The notes under the pieces: model-generated
The model's input: the letters and a program-made list of their open reading frames with translations, nothing else
What the model was told of the DNA's origin: nothing
The model's database searches: none
Source of the DNA: Vulcanimicrobiota bacterium
Lineage (GTDB): Bacteria; Vulcanimicrobiota; Vulcanimicrobiia; Eremiobacterales; Eremiobacteraceae
Length of the DNA: 64,000 nt
Reading direction: 5' to 3'
Assembly (NCBI GenBank): GCA_963812135.1
Contig: CAWETU010000001.1
Location: forward strand, 2,208,001-2,272,000
Translations under genes and position numbers: made by a program
Shown here: piece after piece, positions 34,217-44,505 of the stretch
Layout: each line of letters starts with the position of its first letter
Numbering within the stretch: the stretch's first letter is position 1

Positions 34217-34304
34217 ATCAATGAGAACGGAGCGGGCGATCGGTCATGCCGATCGCTGCCGCTCCGCTTCGTGTACGGCGAGTCCGCCGAATGCAACCTT
34301 GACG

Positions 34305-34745
34305 CTAGTTCGGCGACGTGAGGTTGGCGCACGCCATGTAGAGGTTGAGCTGGGCTGCCGATTTGTGGACGTTGACCGAGTTACCCGTGACCTGGACCTT
34401 GCTGAGCGGTGCGCTGACGAGCGTCACTGAGTGACCCGCGACCACATCGGTCAGCGGATAGATCACGGCGCCGGGATGGGCGCAATTGCCGGTGTGCACG
34501 TGGGCGGGCTCGATCGCGCCGTTGGGCTCGCCGGTGATGGCGATCGTGACGCGCGTCTTGTTGCCGACGGCCGCCATCGTGACTGTGCCTTGCTGGGCTG
34601 ACTTATTCATGGGGTTGAACTTGAACGAGGTGCCCACTTCTTTGGGGCCGTTCTCGCTCATCGGCGGGTTCGGGCCAGCAAGGGCGATGGCCGCCGAGCC
34701 CGCGATCACCGCGAACGCGAGCAGACCGTAGGAAAACTTACGCAT
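34305..34745 (-). CDS. Secreted hypothetical protein (CHRD-like PAHVH..C / NVH..AC family)
   Basis: AGGAG RBS, signal peptide, EPAHVHTGNC, SVNVHKS, MACANL. Confidence 0.7.
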   Translation of the reverse strand: MRKFSYGLLAFAVIAGSAAIALAGPNPPMSENGPKEVGTSFKFNPMNKSAQQGTVTMAAVGNKTRVTIAITGEPNGAIEPAHVHTGNCAHPGAVIYPLTDVVAGHSVTLVSAPLSKVQVTGNSVNVHKSAAQLNLYMACANLTSPN

Positions 34746-34951
34746 GGAATCTCCTCTTCTTATTGCAAAAAAAGTGCCGTCGCACAGACGTGAGCACGCG
34801 ACGTTGGACGCTCACCGATGATTCGTGCAGTCTCGGCGAGCGCCCTCGTCGACTGTCCCAAGCGGGGCGTTGAAACTTTCAGCAGCTCGCTTGGTAGTCA
34901 TACATGTGAACGCACTTGGGCGGCCGGAACGTTCCGGCAAAGGAGCAGATC

Positions 34952-35053
34952 ATGACCATCCGGGAAGGCACCATCGGACTTGAATTCCCGACGATTCTGA
35001 CCCCCGACGCACAGCCGGGCGGTTTTCAGGGGTGGGGCGTGCGGATCGGCTAA
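34952..35053 (+). CDS. 33-aa small ORF MTIREGTIGLEFPTILTPDAQPGGFQGWGVRIG
   Basis: AAAGGAG RBS 6 nt upstream of ATG; hairpin and T-run right after the stop. Confidence 0.6.
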   Translation: MTIREGTIGLEFPTILTPDAQPGGFQGWGVRIG

Positions 35054-35083
35054 GCGACCCGCCTTTTTTTTCGAGCCGACCTT

Positions 35084-36450
35084 TTAGCTTTCAAGCAGCC
35101 GTGCAACCGCGGCACGGCGGTAGGCGAAGATCTTACGCAGGTCCGCTCGCACCAGCGGCAGCGCGAGACCGCTCAACGGGGCAAGCGGCAACGAGTACGC
35201 GACGCGATCGCGGACAAGCGTACCACCCGGATCCGCCGTAAAACTATGTTCGTGACGCCACAGCTCATACGGGCCGCGCACCTGATGATCGACGAAGCGA
35301 ACGCCCGCCTGCCAGTCGCTGATCAGCGACTTCCACTTCATCCGAATCCCGTGGACCTTTAAGCGAGTACTCCATGACGGAACCCCGGCGCAAGTCGCCC
35401 GGGGTTTTTGCATCCATATGGAAGTCGACTTCGGACGGCGTGAGTCGCGCGAGGTTGCCTGGGTCTGCGAAGAAGGAAAATATTTTTTCGAGCGGCGCTT
35501 TGACGACAAGCTCGTCCTCGAATCGCTGGATGTTCGGCTCGCGTTTTTGACCGGGCGCGAGAATATCGAGCAAAGCTTGTTCGAGCAGCTCGTGTTTGAA
35601 TCGGAAACCGGCGGATAGCGCGCGATCGGGCAACACCAGTTGGCTCGCGAGCAGCGTCGAGGCGAACTCGCCTAAGACGGTGTAGAGCGCGATGCCCGGC
35701 GCGTACGCGAGCGCTGGGCGACGAAGCACGTCGCCGATCGCGTGGGCGAGCCGCGCACTGGTGGCGACGTCGGGAGAGACCGCGTTAAATGTTCCAGATA
35801 CGTCGTTGTCGAGCGCGTAGAGAAAGAGTGCGACGTCGTCGTCCAGATGGATCCACGGCATCCACTGCGATCCATTGCCGTACGGCCCGCCGGCGAAAAA
35901 CCTGAACGGCGGCAACATCTCGTCGAGCGCGCCGCCGTCGCGACCGAGCACGATTCCCTGGCGCAAGCAGGCGATACGCAGCCCGATGGACCGCGCGCGC
36001 TGCGCCTCGCGCTCCCAGTCGACGCAGACCTTGGCGAGGAAGTCACTGCCTGGCGGGCTGCTCTCGAGCAACGGCTCGTCTTTGCGATCGCCGTAGTAGC
36101 CGGACGCCGATGCGCAGACCAGGATCCGCGGCTTTCGCGCGGCTGGCTGCGATCGAGTCGACCACCGTCCGCGTGCCCAAGACGCGCGAGTCGTAGATCG
36201 CGCGCTTCTTCTTCTCCGTCCAGCGGCCCGCGACGGTTTCGCCGGCGAGATGGACGACGGCGTCGGTGCCCTCGAACGGCGACGGGTCGGGCGCGCCCAT
36301 CGGATCGAAGCGCGCGATCTGGACGCCCTCGTCGAACCGCGCGGCTTGCGGGTTGCGAGTCAACGCGGTCACCTGATCGCCGCGCGCCTGCAGCGCGCGC
36401 ACGATCGCGTGTCCGATGAATCCGCTGGCACCGCTGACGACGACTCTCAT
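35084..36450 (-). CDS. TIGR01777/YfcH NAD-dependent epimerase fused to SRPBCC domain (frameshifts ~36130, ~35350)
   Basis: VVSGASGFIG, HLAGETV..RWT, DFLAKVCVDWE, WMPWIHLDD, then FFADPGNL..FVDHQVRGPY..WRHEH..IFAYR. Confidence 0.85.
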
Positions 36451-36563
36451 CGCCCTGTGGTTCGTCAAGCCGCTTGACTGGCGCTCTTGGAGCACGATGG
36501 GAAGTCCGGGAGACTGAGACGAAGGCGGCAGCCAGCCTCGGGCCAACCATGGGAGACTTGCAC

Positions 36564-37064
36564 ATGATCGGGTATGTCGTCGCGGCATTAACATTCACGC
36601 TCGCGAGCAGCGCGTTTACTGACGGCGGCACGCTGCCGAAGTCGGCTGAATTCAACCATTACGGCTGCACCGGGCAGAACGCGGCGCCTGAGTTGCATTG
36701 GTCGGCAACGCCCGCCGGCACGAAGAGCTTCGCGCTAACGATGCACGATCCGGATGCCCAGGCGCCCGGCGGCTGGTGGCATTGGGTCATGTTCAACATT
36801 CCCGTCGGCGAGACCAAGATCGATACAAAGGTGCAGAGCATGGTGATCCCATGGGTCGAGGGCACGACGAGTTTCAAGACGCCGGGCTATGGCGGGCCGT
36901 GTCCGCCACCTGGCAAGCCGCATCATTACAACTTCACGCTCTATGCGTTGGATATTTCGACTGTCTCCGGAGCGACGGGCGCGACGACGGGGCCGGAGCT
37001 GGTGAAACTGATCGAAGGCCACGTGCTCGGCAAGACGGTCTTGACAGGCTTGTATGGCCGCTGA
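36564..37064 (+). CDS. YbhB/YbcL (PEBP/Raf kinase inhibitor-like) protein
   Basis: HDPDA..WWHWV..GYGGPCPP..HHYNFTLYALD. Confidence 0.92.
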   Translation: MIGYVVAALTFTLASSAFTDGGTLPKSAEFNHYGCTGQNAAPELHWSATPAGTKSFALTMHDPDAQAPGGWWHWVMFNIPVGETKIDTKVQSMVIPWVEGTTSFKTPGYGGPCPPPGKPHHYNFTLYALDISTVSGATGATTGPELVKLIEGHVLGKTVLTGLYGR

Positions 37065-37082
37065 GTTGGGCGAGCCGACGTA

Positions 37083-37688
37083 GTGGCTAAGAAGACGCGC
37101 ATCTACACGCGCGGGGGCGATAAAGGCGAGACCGGTCTTGTAGGCGGGCAGCGTGTCGCCAAGGACTCGCTGCGCATCCGCGCGTTCGGCGACATCGACG
37201 AATGTTCGAGCGTCATCGGTCTGGCACGCCGCGCGCTACGCGATGGTGGTGAGGCTGTCGCCGTCAGCACGCTCGATCCGTGGCTCGCGTGGACGCAAGA
37301 TATGCTCTTCAATCTCGGCAGCGACTTGGCGACGCTGCCGGCCGAGCGGCGCGCGTCGATTCCAAAGGTCACGCAACGCGATGTCGATGCGCTCGAGTCG
37401 GCGATCGACGCTGCCGAGGATCGCCTGCCGGCGCTCGATGCGTTCATCCACCCGGGCGGTTCGCAGGCCGGCGCGTTCTTGCACCTCGCGCGCGCGGTGT
37501 GCCGGCGCGCCGAACGCGACATCGTCGAGCTTGGGCGCGCCGAAACGGTCGAGCCGCTCGTGCTTGCTTACGTCAACCGTCTATCGGATGCGCTCTTCGT
37601 GTGGGCGCGTTTGATCAACTATGAACGAGGTGCGGGCGAGCACCGTTGGGACCAGGGGGCGATCCCGCCCGACGCCGCCGGACTCTAA
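37083..37688 (+). CDS. PduO-type ATP:cob(I)alamin adenosyltransferase
   Basis: IYTRGGDKGET, GDIDE, RAVCRRAER, YVNRLSDALF. Confidence 0.92.
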   Translation: MAKKTRIYTRGGDKGETGLVGGQRVAKDSLRIRAFGDIDECSSVIGLARRALRDGGEAVAVSTLDPWLAWTQDMLFNLGSDLATLPAERRASIPKVTQRDVDALESAIDAAEDRLPALDAFIHPGGSQAGAFLHLARAVCRRAERDIVELGRAETVEPLVLAYVNRLSDALFVWARLINYERGAGEHRWDQGAIPPDAAGL

Positions 37689-38733
37689 GCACTCGCTCGA
37701 ATGCGGCGATGGTCTGCGACGCGGTGACGTCCCACGTCATCTGCGCCGCGCGCCGGCGGCCGAGCTCGCGCAGATTGTCCGCGAGTTCATCTTCCGAGAG
37801 CACGAGCGCGATCGCATTGGCGAGCGCGTCGACGTCGCCGCTCGGGAAGTAGAGCGCCGCGTCGCCGCCTGCTTCGGGAATGCCGGCTGCGTCCGAGGCG
37901 ATCACGGGCGCGCCGTAGGCCATGGCCTCCAGCACCGGTAGACCGAAGCCTTCATAACGCGACGGATAGACGACGGCCTTGGCGTGCGCATATAAAGATG
38001 CAAGCACGCTTTCCGAGACGTGCCCGAGATATCGGGTGGGCGTCTTCGGCTCGCTGACCGTGCGCTCGTCTTTGAGCGGCACTTCGCTGCCGCTGTGCTT
38101 GCCGGCGATGATCAACAATGGCGGTTCCGGGATTCGTGCGAGCGCTTCTTCGAGCAGGTCGAGGCCCTTGCGCGCTTCGTTCTCGCCGACGAACAGAATG
38201 AAGGGCTCGCCGAATGGCGGCGCGCTGGGCGCGACGCGTACGGGATCGACGCCCAGATGCACGACATCGATGCGGTCCGGCTCGATGTTGAGATACTTGG
38301 CGAGCTCGCCCTTGGAGAAATGTGAATCGGTGATGATTCTTTGGGCGGTCGCGGCGGCCACCCGGAACGGGCGCTGCTCGCGCTCGCGGACTTCTTGATT
38401 GTCAGGCGGCATCGCGAAGAGCGATGCGTCGTGCAACGTCGCGATGCCGATGCCCGGTGGGATCCAGCTCATGCCGTTCCACGGGAACCACACCATATCG
38501 AACGATTTGACGGTGACGCCGTTGCGATGGATCGCCGGTATCGGCAAACCGCCGAGCTCTTGACGGTATCTCGGCGCGTGCAGCAGCGGCGGCCATTCGG
38601 GGATGATCAGCGTCAGCGCGACTTGGTCGCGTCCGTAGGCGGACCAGGCTCTGAGCAGCGCGCGCGTGTAACGTCCGATGCCGCGATGATCACCGGGAAG
38701 ATTCCAGGCGTCGACGCCAATGTGGAGAGCCAC
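37615..38733 (-). CDS. Glycosyltransferase family 4 (start may be 38733 or 38790)
   Basis: GIGRY, TLHD, RKGL, YPSRYEGFGLPVLEAMAYGAPV. Confidence 0.9.
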   Translation of the reverse strand: MALHIGVDAWNLPGDHRGIGRYTRALLRAWSAYGRDQVALTLIIPEWPPLLHAPRYRQELGGLPIPAIHRNGVTVKSFDMVWFPWNGMSWIPPGIGIATLHDASLFAMPPDNQEVREREQRPFRVAAATAQRIITDSHFSKGELAKYLNIEPDRIDVVHLGVDPVRVAPSAPPFGEPFILFVGENEARKGLDLLEEALARIPEPPLLIIAGKHSGSEVPLKDERTVSEPKTPTRYLGHVSESVLASLYAHAKAVVYPSRYEGFGLPVLEAMAYGAPVIASDAAGIPEAGGDAALYFPSGDVDALANAIALVLSEDELADNLRELGRRRAAQMTWDVTASQTIAAFERVLRVRRRRAGSPPGPNGARPHLVHS

Positions 38734-38788
38734 GTGTTCACCACCTCGTGCGGAGGGTGCCAGCGTTCGAGCGGGCAATTCGGACGCC

Positions 38789-39679
38789 ATGACCGCCGCT
38801 CCCGGTGTCGTCGCTCACATGATCGTCGGGCGACGCATCGAGCCGTATCTGGCTGATGCGCTCGCGTCGATCGCGGGCGTCTGCGCGCACGCTGTGATCA
38901 ACGACAATTCGGGTGCGCAAGGCGGTCCCAATGATAGTATCATCGGCGCAAGCGCCTTCGCACAAGACGGACGCCTGACACACTTGCGCACCGAATTCGT
39001 CGATTTTTCCACCGCGCGAAACGCGTGCATCGAGGCGACCCCGTTGGAGTTTCGGGGCGGCTGGGCGTTGTATGCTGACGCAGACGAAGTCCACGGCCCC
39101 GAGCTGGGGGACATGACAAGGCTGTTGGACCGCCTGCCGGCCGATGTGGACAGCCTGGACGGCTACTCGCGCAACTTCATCGGGTCATTCGATTATTGGA
39201 ACACGATCCACCGGCGGCTGCGCTTTTTCCGCCTGACGGCGGGTCGGCGCTGGGTGGGTGAGGTGCACGAGCGTTTGGAGCCGCTCGGCCGGCGCGAAGT
39301 CGTGCCTGCAGTGGGGGAGCATTACGGCCACGTCTGCACGCCCGCGATGGAAGTCGAGCGCGAACGGCTTTATAAATCGTTGGGCCAGCCGGTCACGCTA
39401 TTGGATAAAGCTTCTTTAGAAGAGGTCACGCCAGCGGTGGTGTGGGGCGAGCAGCTCAAGGATGCGTTGCCGTTTCGCGGCGAGCATCCGGCTGAGGCCC
39501 GTGGGACTATCGCTCGGCTGCGCGAGCAGTGGGCCGATACGTTTGCCGCGGTCTCGCGCGAGGTCGCACGCCAGACGCTCGGCGATCGGTTGCGAAACAG
39601 TTTCCGCGCGGCGAATTACGGCCGGCTTCTTCTCTTTCGCCGCATTGAGGCGCGGCTTCGCTGGGACTACAGGCCGTAA
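38789..39679 (+). CDS. GT2-like glycosyltransferase
   Basis: DFSTARN, DADE, WVGEVHERL, EHYG. Confidence 0.7.
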   Translation: MTAAPGVVAHMIVGRRIEPYLADALASIAGVCAHAVINDNSGAQGGPNDSIIGASAFAQDGRLTHLRTEFVDFSTARNACIEATPLEFRGGWALYADADEVHGPELGDMTRLLDRLPADVDSLDGYSRNFIGSFDYWNTIHRRLRFFRLTAGRRWVGEVHERLEPLGRREVVPAVGEHYGHVCTPAMEVERERLYKSLGQPVTLLDKASLEEVTPAVVWGEQLKDALPFRGEHPAEARGTIARLREQWADTFAAVSREVARQTLGDRLRNSFRAANYGRLLLFRRIEARLRWDYRP

Positions 39680-39738
39680 ATCAAGGAGCGGGCTTTTGAG
39701 AACCCGCTCCATTGTCGCGTGGGCGTTCGGATGTAGGC

Positions 39739-40212
39739 TTAGTGGCCACGGTCCGATTCGAGCGCCTCTTCGATCTGCTCCCGGCCCTGTTGCAGGCGGC
39801 CGATCGCGTCCACGCGATGTCCGCCGTAGTCCGTGTTGTCGCGCTGGAGGACATCGATGACGTTATCGATGTCTTGGCGCACGTATGCCAGGTTGGCGTC
39901 GCTGCGATTGTAGTTGTTCGCTTCGAGGGAAGGCATCGGCGCCATCGCCGTGTTGTAGTCGTGATACTTATCGTAGGTGAGCGCGACGGTGATCTGGTTG
40001 CGGCTGTCTTGGAAGGCCTCGATGGCCTTCACGCGGTGGCCGTCGTAATCGCGGTTATCGCGCTGCAGCATGTCGATGTCGCGCTCGACGTGCGCGCGAG
40101 CCCAACGCAGACTGTTGTCGCTTTGTTGCGGCCAAACTCCGGCCAGCGAGATCGAGGGGATTAAGGCGCTTAGGATGAGCGCGGTCAGAGTGACTGTTAG
40201 GGGACGTTTCAT
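39739..40212 (-). CDS. Secreted protein with an internally duplicated helical repeat
   Basis: SDNSL..LQRDNRDYDGHRVKAI and SDANL..LQRDNTDYGGHRVDAI. Confidence 0.75.
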   Translation of the reverse strand: MKRPLTVTLTALILSALIPSISLAGVWPQQSDNSLRWARAHVERDIDMLQRDNRDYDGHRVKAIEAFQDSRNQITVALTYDKYHDYNTAMAPMPSLEANNYNRSDANLAYVRQDIDNVIDVLQRDNTDYGGHRVDAIGRLQQGREQIEEALESDRGH

Positions 40213-40341
40213 CGGATCGACTCCTCTTGGCATGATGCGACCGGGCGATATCCGCCCGATTCTTATCCAAGAAACGGTCAAACGATCGTCAGACGTCGCG
40301 ACGCGCCGTGAGGAGTCGATGAACGGGGCATGAAGCGCGAC

Positions 40342-40896
40342 TTAGAGAGCGCTCTTCGGTTTGACGGGCTCGAAGACCGAAGCGACCCGAATCGTGAATC
40401 CCGGCAATGCGTCGTGCGTGAAGGTCTCATTGCGAGAGAAGCTTTGCACTCCCCGGACGTCGTGCGCTTCGAATGCGTGCCGGACTGGATCCACCAGCAC
40501 GACCAGCCTGGCACCGGCGGCAAGATAGACACGGATTTTGTCTTCGATATCGGCTCGGCGGTCGCCAGGCGATACGATCTCGATGGCGACGTCCGGCGCG
40601 AGATACGGAATTTGGGCCTGTTCGCCCTGATCATGACCAAGCCGATCAAATGACAAGAAGGCGACGTCGGGTACGAGGGGACGTGTGGCTTCGCCCGGCG
40701 GCGTGACCCGAAACTCCCACTCCGAGCCGACGCGTCCTGCGCCGGCGGTCTCGGCCCAGAAAAGCAACGCAGCGCCAAACCTGAGTTGCGCGCGGGCATG
40801 CTCCTCGCGCGGGCTCAACTTTTGAAGCGCACGCCCGTTGACCCACTCGGATGCGGGTTTTGTATCGGGCACTGTGATCTCGCGGACCGTCGACAT
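40342..40896 (-). CDS. Uma2 family endonuclease
   Basis: LVPDVAF..APDVAIEIVSP..KIRVYLAAG; paralog of 31343..31879. Confidence 0.88.
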   Translation of the reverse strand: MSTVREITVPDTKPASEWVNGRALQKLSPREEHARAQLRFGAALLFWAETAGAGRVGSEWEFRVTPPGEATRPLVPDVAFLSFDRLGHDQGEQAQIPYLAPDVAIEIVSPGDRRADIEDKIRVYLAAGARLVVLVDPVRHAFEAHDVRGVQSFSRNETFTHDALPGFTIRVASVFEPVKPKSAL

Positions 40897-40942
40897 TGTG
40901 ATCCCCTCATGGGGGATTATATCACGCGCGATCGCTGACGCG

Positions 40943-41527
40943 TCAATGAGTGGTCGAATGGCCAGGGTGCTTGTCTTCAGCAGCCCACGGATCGCGCAAC
41001 GGCTCGCGCTTCACGCCGCTCGGGAACGTGCCGTGGGGATGCGCCGCGAGCCACGCCCGTGCGCGCATCGCAAGGAACTCGAAATCGTGATACTGCACGT
41101 CGCTGCGGCGACGGCGCATCACCGCGATCGCCGGCTCGAGATGCTCCCAATACGCCACGACAAGACGGCTGAACATGTCCATGAACGCGTCTTCAGTGAC
41201 GAGCTGATTTTTTACGAGCGTCCCCATCTCGTTGAACCAATTGCAGGCTTTGACTTCGAGATGCGTGCGCTCGTCGATGAAGCCTGGCGCTTCGAGCTCG
41301 TTACGATAGCCCGGGTCGCGCAGTTTGAATGGCAGCTCGCGCTGGACGTAGCGGAATGCTTCCTGCAGATCGTGACCGCGAAAATCGCGTTCGAGCGACA
41401 GCACCGCGTCGAGCTGGTTGGCAGCGCGCAGGTGGCGCAGTTGGATGATCGCGGCGACGGCCGTCGCCGCGATCACTACAAACGTGCCGATCGAGCCGAT
41501 GGCGGTGAGCCACTCGGGCGACATCAA
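40943..41527 (-). CDS. DUF4760-like N-terminally anchored protein
   Basis: WLTAIG..AAIIQL TM, NWFNEMGTLVK, FEFLA. Confidence 0.6.
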   Translation of the reverse strand: MMSPEWLTAIGSIGTFVVIAATAVAAIIQLRHLRAANQLDAVLSLERDFRGHDLQEAFRYVQRELPFKLRDPGYRNELEAPGFIDERTHLEVKACNWFNEMGTLVKNQLVTEDAFMDMFSRLVVAYWEHLEPAIAVMRRRRSDVQYHDFEFLAMRARAWLAAHPHGTFPSGVKREPLRDPWAAEDKHPGHSTTH

Positions 41528-41539
41528 CGCGATCGAGCG

Positions 41540-41812
41540 CTAATGGAAGAAGTACGGATCGAGAACGCTGACTTCCGAGATCGTATCGACCGGGAGCCCG
41601 TTACGTTCGGCGGCCTTGCGGATGGCGTCCGGACTCGGACCATCGTAGATGCAATAGGTCTTCTTGTGATCCGTGGAGACGTATGAATGGACCCAGGTCA
41701 CGCCAAGATCGCCGTTCTTGTCGACGACGCTCTTGCACGCCGCGGCGCCTTCGTTCGTGGCCGGGATGAAGAGCCCGTCCTTGAACGTCCGCTCGATCAC
41801 ATATCGAGGCAT
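41540..41812 (-). CDS. DUF4242 (SCO4226-like) small protein
   Basis: MPRYVIER..WVHSYV..KTYCIYDGPS..GLPVDTISEV. Confidence 0.85.
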   Translation of the reverse strand: MPRYVIERTFKDGLFIPATNEGAAACKSVVDKNGDLGVTWVHSYVSTDHKKTYCIYDGPSPDAIRKAAERNGLPVDTISEVSVLDPYFFH

Positions 41813-41952
41813 ACAAAACCCTCCAGCAATTTCGCGCCCGGAACGCACGCACGCATTCGCGGGCCATGTAAGGGTCAATTATATCGTGCGGCGCTCCGGC
41901 TTGCAAGCCAGGGCTAGGGCTCTGAGCGCGGCCAGCCGAACCGTCGCACTCG

Positions 41953-43944
41953 ATGCCACACAACACTCGGACCAAGGAGCGCCAGCCGAAAAAGACCCAG
42001 TCGCTGCCCACCGGCACGGTCACTTTTCTGTTCTCAGATATCGAAGGCAGCACTGAGCGTTGGGAAAAGCATCACGCGCCGATGAAGGCCGCGGTCGCGC
42101 GCCACGAACGTCTGATGCGAGATGCGATCGCCCGACATGATGGCCACGTCTTCAAGACCGTCGGCGATGCGTTTTGCGCCGCGTTCGCCACGGCGCCGAA
42201 CGCTGTGAACGCCGCGCTCGACGCGCAACGCGCGCTCAGCGCGGAAGATTTCTCGGCGGTCCACGGTTTGCGCGTCCGCATGGGTCTGCACACCGGCTAC
42301 GCGGAGGAACGCGACGCCGACTATTTCGGGCCGGCCGTCAACCGCGTCGCGCGGCTGGTGTCGATCGGCAACGGCGGCCAGATCCTGTTGTCCGGCGCAG
42401 CCTATGAATTAGTGCAGCACGACGCACCGCAGGAGATGCGCTTCTCAGACCTCGGCTCGCACCGGCTCAAAGACCTTGCCCAGCCCGAGCACGTGTGGCA
42501 AGTGACCGCGAAGGATATGCCGGACGAATTTGCGCGTCTCAATTCACTGGACACGCTGCCGAACAACCTGCCGGTTCAAGTTACGACCTTCCGCGGACGC
42601 GAGAAAGACCTAGAAGATCTGAAGGCACAGCTCGCCGAGCATCGATTGATCAGCCTCATCGGCGCCGGGGGCGTCGGCAAGACGCGACTGGCTGCCCAGC
42701 TCGGCGCGGAAGTGCTCGACCGATTTCCGGACGGTGTCTGGATCGCGGACCTCGCCTCGGTGACCGATGCCGGACTGGTGACGAGCGTGGTCGCCAAAAC
42801 GTTGGGCGTGAGCCAAGCGCAGGTGCGTCTGGTCGACGAGTCCATGACGCAATCCCTCAAACGTAAGCGGCTTCTTCTCGTGTTGGACAATTGCGAGCAC
42901 GTGCTTGAGGCGGCCGCTGCGCTCGCCGATTCCGTTCATCGGCAGTGCCCAGACGTGTGGATCCTCACCACCACGCGCCAAGCCATGGGGATAACCGGGG
43001 AAAAAGTGCTGCGACTCAGTTCGCTCGCAGTACCGGAGAAGATGGTCAGCCACGACGCAACCACCGCGCTGAGCTTCGGCGCGGTCGCGTTGTTCGCCGA
43101 TCGCGCGTCGCTTGTCGACCAAACATTTCGGCTCGGAGACGAAAACGCCTCAGCGGTATGCGATATCTGCCGCCGGCTCGATGGCATTCCGCTTGCGATC
43201 GAGCTCGCCGCCGCGCGCGTGAAGGGGATGAGCATCCCGACGCTCGCCAAGCGGCTCGACGAGCGCTTCAAGATCCTGACGGGCGGCAGCCGCACCGCGC
43301 TCCCGCGGCAGAAAACGTTGAGCGCCCTCTTCGATTGGAGCTACGACCTGCTTTCGCCGCAGGAGCGAACGCTATTCGCTCGCGCGGCGATTTTTGCCGG
43401 CGGCTTCACGCTTGACGCCGCGGCATCGGTGTGCGGCGGCGGGGAGATCGAATCCGCGGATGTGCTTGACCTGCTCGCGTCGCTGGCGGATAAGTCGCTG
43501 ATCCAGATCGACACGACCAGTGGACACGAGAGCCACCGCATGCTTGAATCCACTCGCCAGTACGCGCTCGAAAAACTCACCGCGAGTGCCGAGCACGAGT
43601 CACTTGCACGCCGGCACGCCGACTATTTCCGCGACGTCGCAAAGAAGGCTGAGGGCAGCTTCGGGTCGATGCCGCTGAGCGATTGGCTCGGGCGTCTCGA
43701 GCCGGATGTCGAGAACTTTCGCGCGGCGATGGATTGGGCACTCGTCAACGATCACGATGTGGCGCTTGGCGGCACGATCGCCGCTTCGTTGGAGATGTTG
43801 TGGTGGCACGGCGGCGTCGAGGCGGAGGGGTTCCGGTGGATCGATGCCGCGTTCCATAAGATCGACGAGAGCGAACACCCGGAGGTAGCGGCTGAACTGC
43901 GCCGGGCGCTCGGGCTTCTCATGTCGCGCGTGCTCTACTCCTAG
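41953..43944 (+). CDS. Class III adenylate/guanylate cyclase fused to NB-ARC/STAND ATPase
   Basis: FSDIEGST, FKTVGDAF, FGPAVNRVARL, GAGGVGKT, LLVLDNCEH, LDGIPLAIELAAAR. Confidence 0.9.
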   Translation: MPHNTRTKERQPKKTQSLPTGTVTFLFSDIEGSTERWEKHHAPMKAAVARHERLMRDAIARHDGHVFKTVGDAFCAAFATAPNAVNAALDAQRALSAEDFSAVHGLRVRMGLHTGYAEERDADYFGPAVNRVARLVSIGNGGQILLSGAAYELVQHDAPQEMRFSDLGSHRLKDLAQPEHVWQVTAKDMPDEFARLNSLDTLPNNLPVQVTTFRGREKDLEDLKAQLAEHRLISLIGAGGVGKTRLAAQLGAEVLDRFPDGVWIADLASVTDAGLVTSVVAKTLGVSQAQVRLVDESMTQSLKRKRLLLVLDNCEHVLEAAAALADSVHRQCPDVWILTTTRQAMGITGEKVLRLSSLAVPEKMVSHDATTALSFGAVALFADRASLVDQTFRLGDENASAVCDICRRLDGIPLAIELAAARVKGMSIPTLAKRLDERFKILTGGSRTALPRQKTLSALFDWSYDLLSPQERTLFARAAIFAGGFTLDAAASVCGGGEIESADVLDLLASLADKSLIQIDTTSGHESHRMLESTRQYALEKLTASAEHESLARRHADYFRDVAKKAEGSFGSMPLSDWLGRLEPDVENFRAAMDWALVNDHDVALGGTIAASLEMLWWHGGVEAEGFRWIDAAFHKIDESEHPEVAAELRRALGLLMSRVLYS

Positions 43945-43971
43945 ATTTCAGCGAAGAAACGGAGGATCCCG

Positions 43972-44505
43972 ATGGATGCAGAGCGCTTGCGCGCGCTACA
44001 GGCGCCGATCAAAGATCACTATCGCGCAGATCCCGCGGCTGCGCTCATGACGCTCACGGCTAGCGGCAAGGTCGATGATCCCGAGGGGGTAAGCTGCAGT
44101 GTCGAGACGGGACGCGCGCTTGTGAAGGCCGGCCTCCATCCCGCGACCGGCGGCGACGGGTCGTTCGCGTGCTCGGGTGACATGTTGTTGCAGGCGCTCG
44201 TCGCGTGTGCCGGCGTGACGTTGCGTTCCGTCGCGACGGCGAAAGGCATTGCATTGCGCGGCGGCACGCTGCACGCCGAGGGCGATTTGGATTTTCGCGG
44301 CACGTTGGGGGTCGACCGCGATGCGCCCGTCGGATTCAAGAGTATTCGATTGCGCTTCGACCTTGACGCCGACGCGACGCCCGAGGAAATCGCGTCGTTG
44401 CAAAAACTGACGGAACGCTACTGCGTCGTCTACCAAACGCTTGCAAGCGGCGTCAAACCGGAGGTCGAGTTCCGCGTCGGTCCCCCGCTCGGTGCTTCGC
44501 ACTGA
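43972..44505 (+). CDS. OsmC family protein
   Basis: ACSGDMLLQALVACAG..GDLDFRGTLG..ERYCVV. Confidence 0.9.
   Translation: MDAERLRALQAPIKDHYRADPAAALMTLTASGKVDDPEGVSCSVETGRALVKAGLHPATGGDGSFACSGDMLLQALVACAGVTLRSVATAKGIALRGGTLHAEGDLDFRGTLGVDRDAPVGFKSIRLRFDLDADATPEEIASLQKLTERYCVVYQTLASGVKPEVEFRVGPPLGASH

Noticed and set aside
34880..35071. 6S RNA
   Set aside because: I could not form the long closing stem or central bubble; RBS + ORF + terminator explains the region better (cmscan would settle it)
31343..40896. Uma2 pair as a defence system
   Set aside because: Isolated paralogs with no methyltransferase or defence neighbours; such expansions are common
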